Made by a program: the position numbers and the translations under genes. A stretch of DNA of 64,000 nucleotides from Guillardia theta CCMP2712 (lineage: Eukaryota; Protista; Cryptophyta), in the NCBI RefSeq assembly GCF_000315625.1, contig NW_005434590.1, positions 184,018-248,017 of the forward strand, given 5' to 3'. The notes beneath the pieces are model-generated. The model was not told the origin of the DNA. It saw nothing but the letters and a program-made list of their open reading frames with translations, and ran no database searches. Positions within the stretch are counted from its first letter, which is position 1. The number at the start of each line of letters is the position of its first letter. Shown here in pieces: positions 61,932-64,000 of the stretch.

Positions 61932-63830
61932 ATCCATGCCTCATCAGATTCCTCCAAACGACAATTGCTTTACCTCTGTCAATCTTCCTATCCTTGCATG
62001 GTCTTTACTAGAGTGTGACATCGCAAGGNNNNNNNNNNNNNNNNNNNNNNNNNNNNNNNNNNNNNNNNNNNNNNNNNNNNNNNNNNNNNNNNNNNNNNNN
62101 NNNNNNNNNNNNNNNNNNNNNNNNNNNNNNNNNNNNNNNNNNNNNNNNNNNNNNNNNNNNNNNNNNNNNNNNNNNNNNNNNNNNNNNNNNNNNNNNNNNN
62201 NNNNNNNNNNNNNNNNNNNNNGGAGAGAGGGAGAGAAGGGGAGTGGAGAGGGGGAAAGGAGGGGAGAAGGGGAGGAGAAAAGGAGAGGGGGAAGGGCTGG
62301 AGGAGAGGGGGAGGGGAGGAGAAAAGGAGAGGGGGAGGAGAGGAGAGGAGAGGAGAGGGAATACAATGGGAGGGCCATCACAGTTGTGACTGCTCATCTC
62401 ACCGAAGATACATGCCCCATGCAAGCTCGTGATGCTCGGGGTTCTTGGAGGCTGCAAGACATTCGATGTACGTGTTCATAAGGTCCGATCCCGGCTGAGG
62501 GAAAGATTACTGATAGTGAAGAGGAGAGGAGACAGGACAGGACAGGACAGGACAGGACAGGACAGGAGACAAATGTAGAGCAGGCAAGCAGCAAGCGAAC
62601 AAGCACCTGGAAGTTAAGCTCTATCATTCTTTCGTAGCACTTGATGAAATGTCACACTTATTGCCAACACGTTTATGGTTCACCATCAGCGCTCTTGAAT
62701 ACTTCTTGCACTCGAGCAGGCAGGAGACGAGCCTGACGTCAAGTCAAACACAACTAGCTCAGATCAAAGGAACTTGTACAGCGAGTGACTCTGATTGTCA
62801 GCCTCCAGGCTCTCCTCCTCCTCCAGCAGGTCGAAGACAGCAAGGCAAGAAGCTGGGGGGGAGCTGGTCAGGGGCGAGGACAGGAGCTGAGAGAGTACAG
62901 GAGTCCTTGAGCACGCGGAAGCCTCTCCTGCCACTGCTCGTCAGCCCCAGCAACTGGGAGGTGTCGATGCCTTACAGGCAGAAGTTGAAGAAGTCGATGG
63001 TGGGTCGCCTCGCCCTCGGAGCGATCTGAATGAACTCCTTGACTATCGCCAGACACTCCTCGCTCGACCCTGCGCGAAACCTGCCAAGCGATTACCTGCA
63101 AGTTGAGCCCCCCTCCCCTCCCCTCGCACTCCTCTCCTCTTCTCTCATTAACTCTCGTCTCCCCCTCCTCTGTCTCTGCTCTGCTCTCACCCTGCACCAA
63201 CAAGCTCCAAGTAAGATTCCGCGTTGGCTCGCTGCGGGCCCATAGCAAGTCCATTCATCGCCTCCTGTGCGAACACAAACGCGTCCATCTGCCGCCTAGT
63301 CAGCGTCTCAAGCCACGTGCGAGCAGCGGACCTGGCAGAGGAGGCTGACGAGAGCATGGCGGTGAAACGTGTCAATCTTGATGTCTCGTTGCTGGATGCA
63401 GTCGTACACTGACGAGAAGGGATAAGGGAGCATGCGGGTAAGAGAGGAGGGAGCGGATAAGCGAGCATGCGGGTAAGAGAGGAGGGAGCGGATAAGCGAG
63501 CATGCGGGTAAGAGAGGAGGGAGCGGATAAGCGAGCATGCATGTCCAGACCTTGAAGGATCTTGTTGGGGCTGCTGCACTCGGTTGCGAGGTCGATCAAG
63601 TCATGGCAGATCCCAGTGTTGGCGCCGACCCGCGACTCGAGGCTGCTGGCGAAGACTGAAGGGGGTGAGGGAGGGAGAACATGCGGGTAGTCGGGACCTT
63701 GAAAGCTCTCGTCCACCCTCCTCTCGATGGATAGCGAATGGATCAGCCTTGCCGCCCTGCTGAGATTGAGCGGGTGACCTGATATGAGCGGGGTGAGGAG
63801 ATAAGCGAGCGGGAGTAGAAATGAGCTCAT
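61176..63830 (-). CDS. PPR-like helical-repeat protein, 3' part (probably continues beyond the window; interrupted by a gap)
   Basis: Spliced segments VYDCIQQRDIKIDTFHRHALVSLLC, CLAIVKEFIQIAPRARRPTIDFFNFCL, CLLECKKYSRALM|CYERMIELNFQ|PGSDLMNTYIECLA resemble PPR motifs. Last exon ends EEWEERAERLIL* at 61176. Confidence 0.55.
61861..61931 (+). repeat. (CAT)n trinucleotide microsatellite in a probable intron
   Basis: Directly visible. Confidence 0.95.
63428..63540 (+). repeat. 35-bp minisatellite x3 (GAGCATGCGGGTAAGAGAGGAGGGAGCGGATAAGC), intronic
   Basis: Three identical units plus a partial unit, with no spacers. Confidence 0.92.
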
Positions 63831-64000
63831 GGCGGGGGCTAGAGGGAGAGGGAGAGGGGGAGGGAGAGGGAGAGGGAGAGGGAGAGGGAGAGGGAGAGGG
63901 AGAGGAGAGGAGGAGGAGGAGGGAGGAGGGAGGAGGGAGGGAGGAGGGGAGGGAGGAGGGAGGAGGGAGGAGGGAGGAGGGAGGAGGAGGAGGAGGAGGG

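Noticed and set aside
63428-63540. 35-bp direct repeats as a CRISPR array
   Set aside because: Units are head-to-tail with no spacers, lie in a probable intron of a eukaryotic gene, and no cas genes are present.

Overview
Gene-dense eukaryotic nuclear DNA with many short (~45-60 nt) GT-AG introns, some longer introns filled with GA/CT tracts, and four assembly gaps. Bipartite signal+transit leaders, a histidine kinase rhodopsin, an RWP-RK factor and the intron style point to an alga with a red-derived complex plastid, most likely a cryptophyte such as Guillardia theta (inference, no search run). About 17 genes were modelled by hand across introns: exportin-T (partial), DNAJC17, a multi-PAS/LOV-like protein, ATG1/ULK kinase, an 8-TM rhodopsin-histidine kinase-receiver hybrid, a PDZ+SH3 scaffold, an SLC13/SLT Na+/sulfate transporter, plastid bS21, an EF-hand/discoidin-like/LRR protein, mitochondrial uS5, a second PDZ protein, an RWP-RK factor, RBMX2, PRORP, a PPR-like protein and several hypothetical proteins. 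The most notable signals are: (1) a cyclase-less histidine kinase rhodopsin with an unusual retinal pocket; (2) a Cys-less LOV-like multi-PAS protein carrying four copies of an unrecognised Trp-rich domain; (3) a PRORP whose leader suggests periplastid/nucleomorph import; (4) a recurring intergenic architecture (GGGT/ACCC blocks, AT-rich cores, CCGG-rich blocks with shared motifs) that sits at gene 5' ends and is absent between convergent genes. Exon boundaries were read by eye and several 5' ends are tentative.
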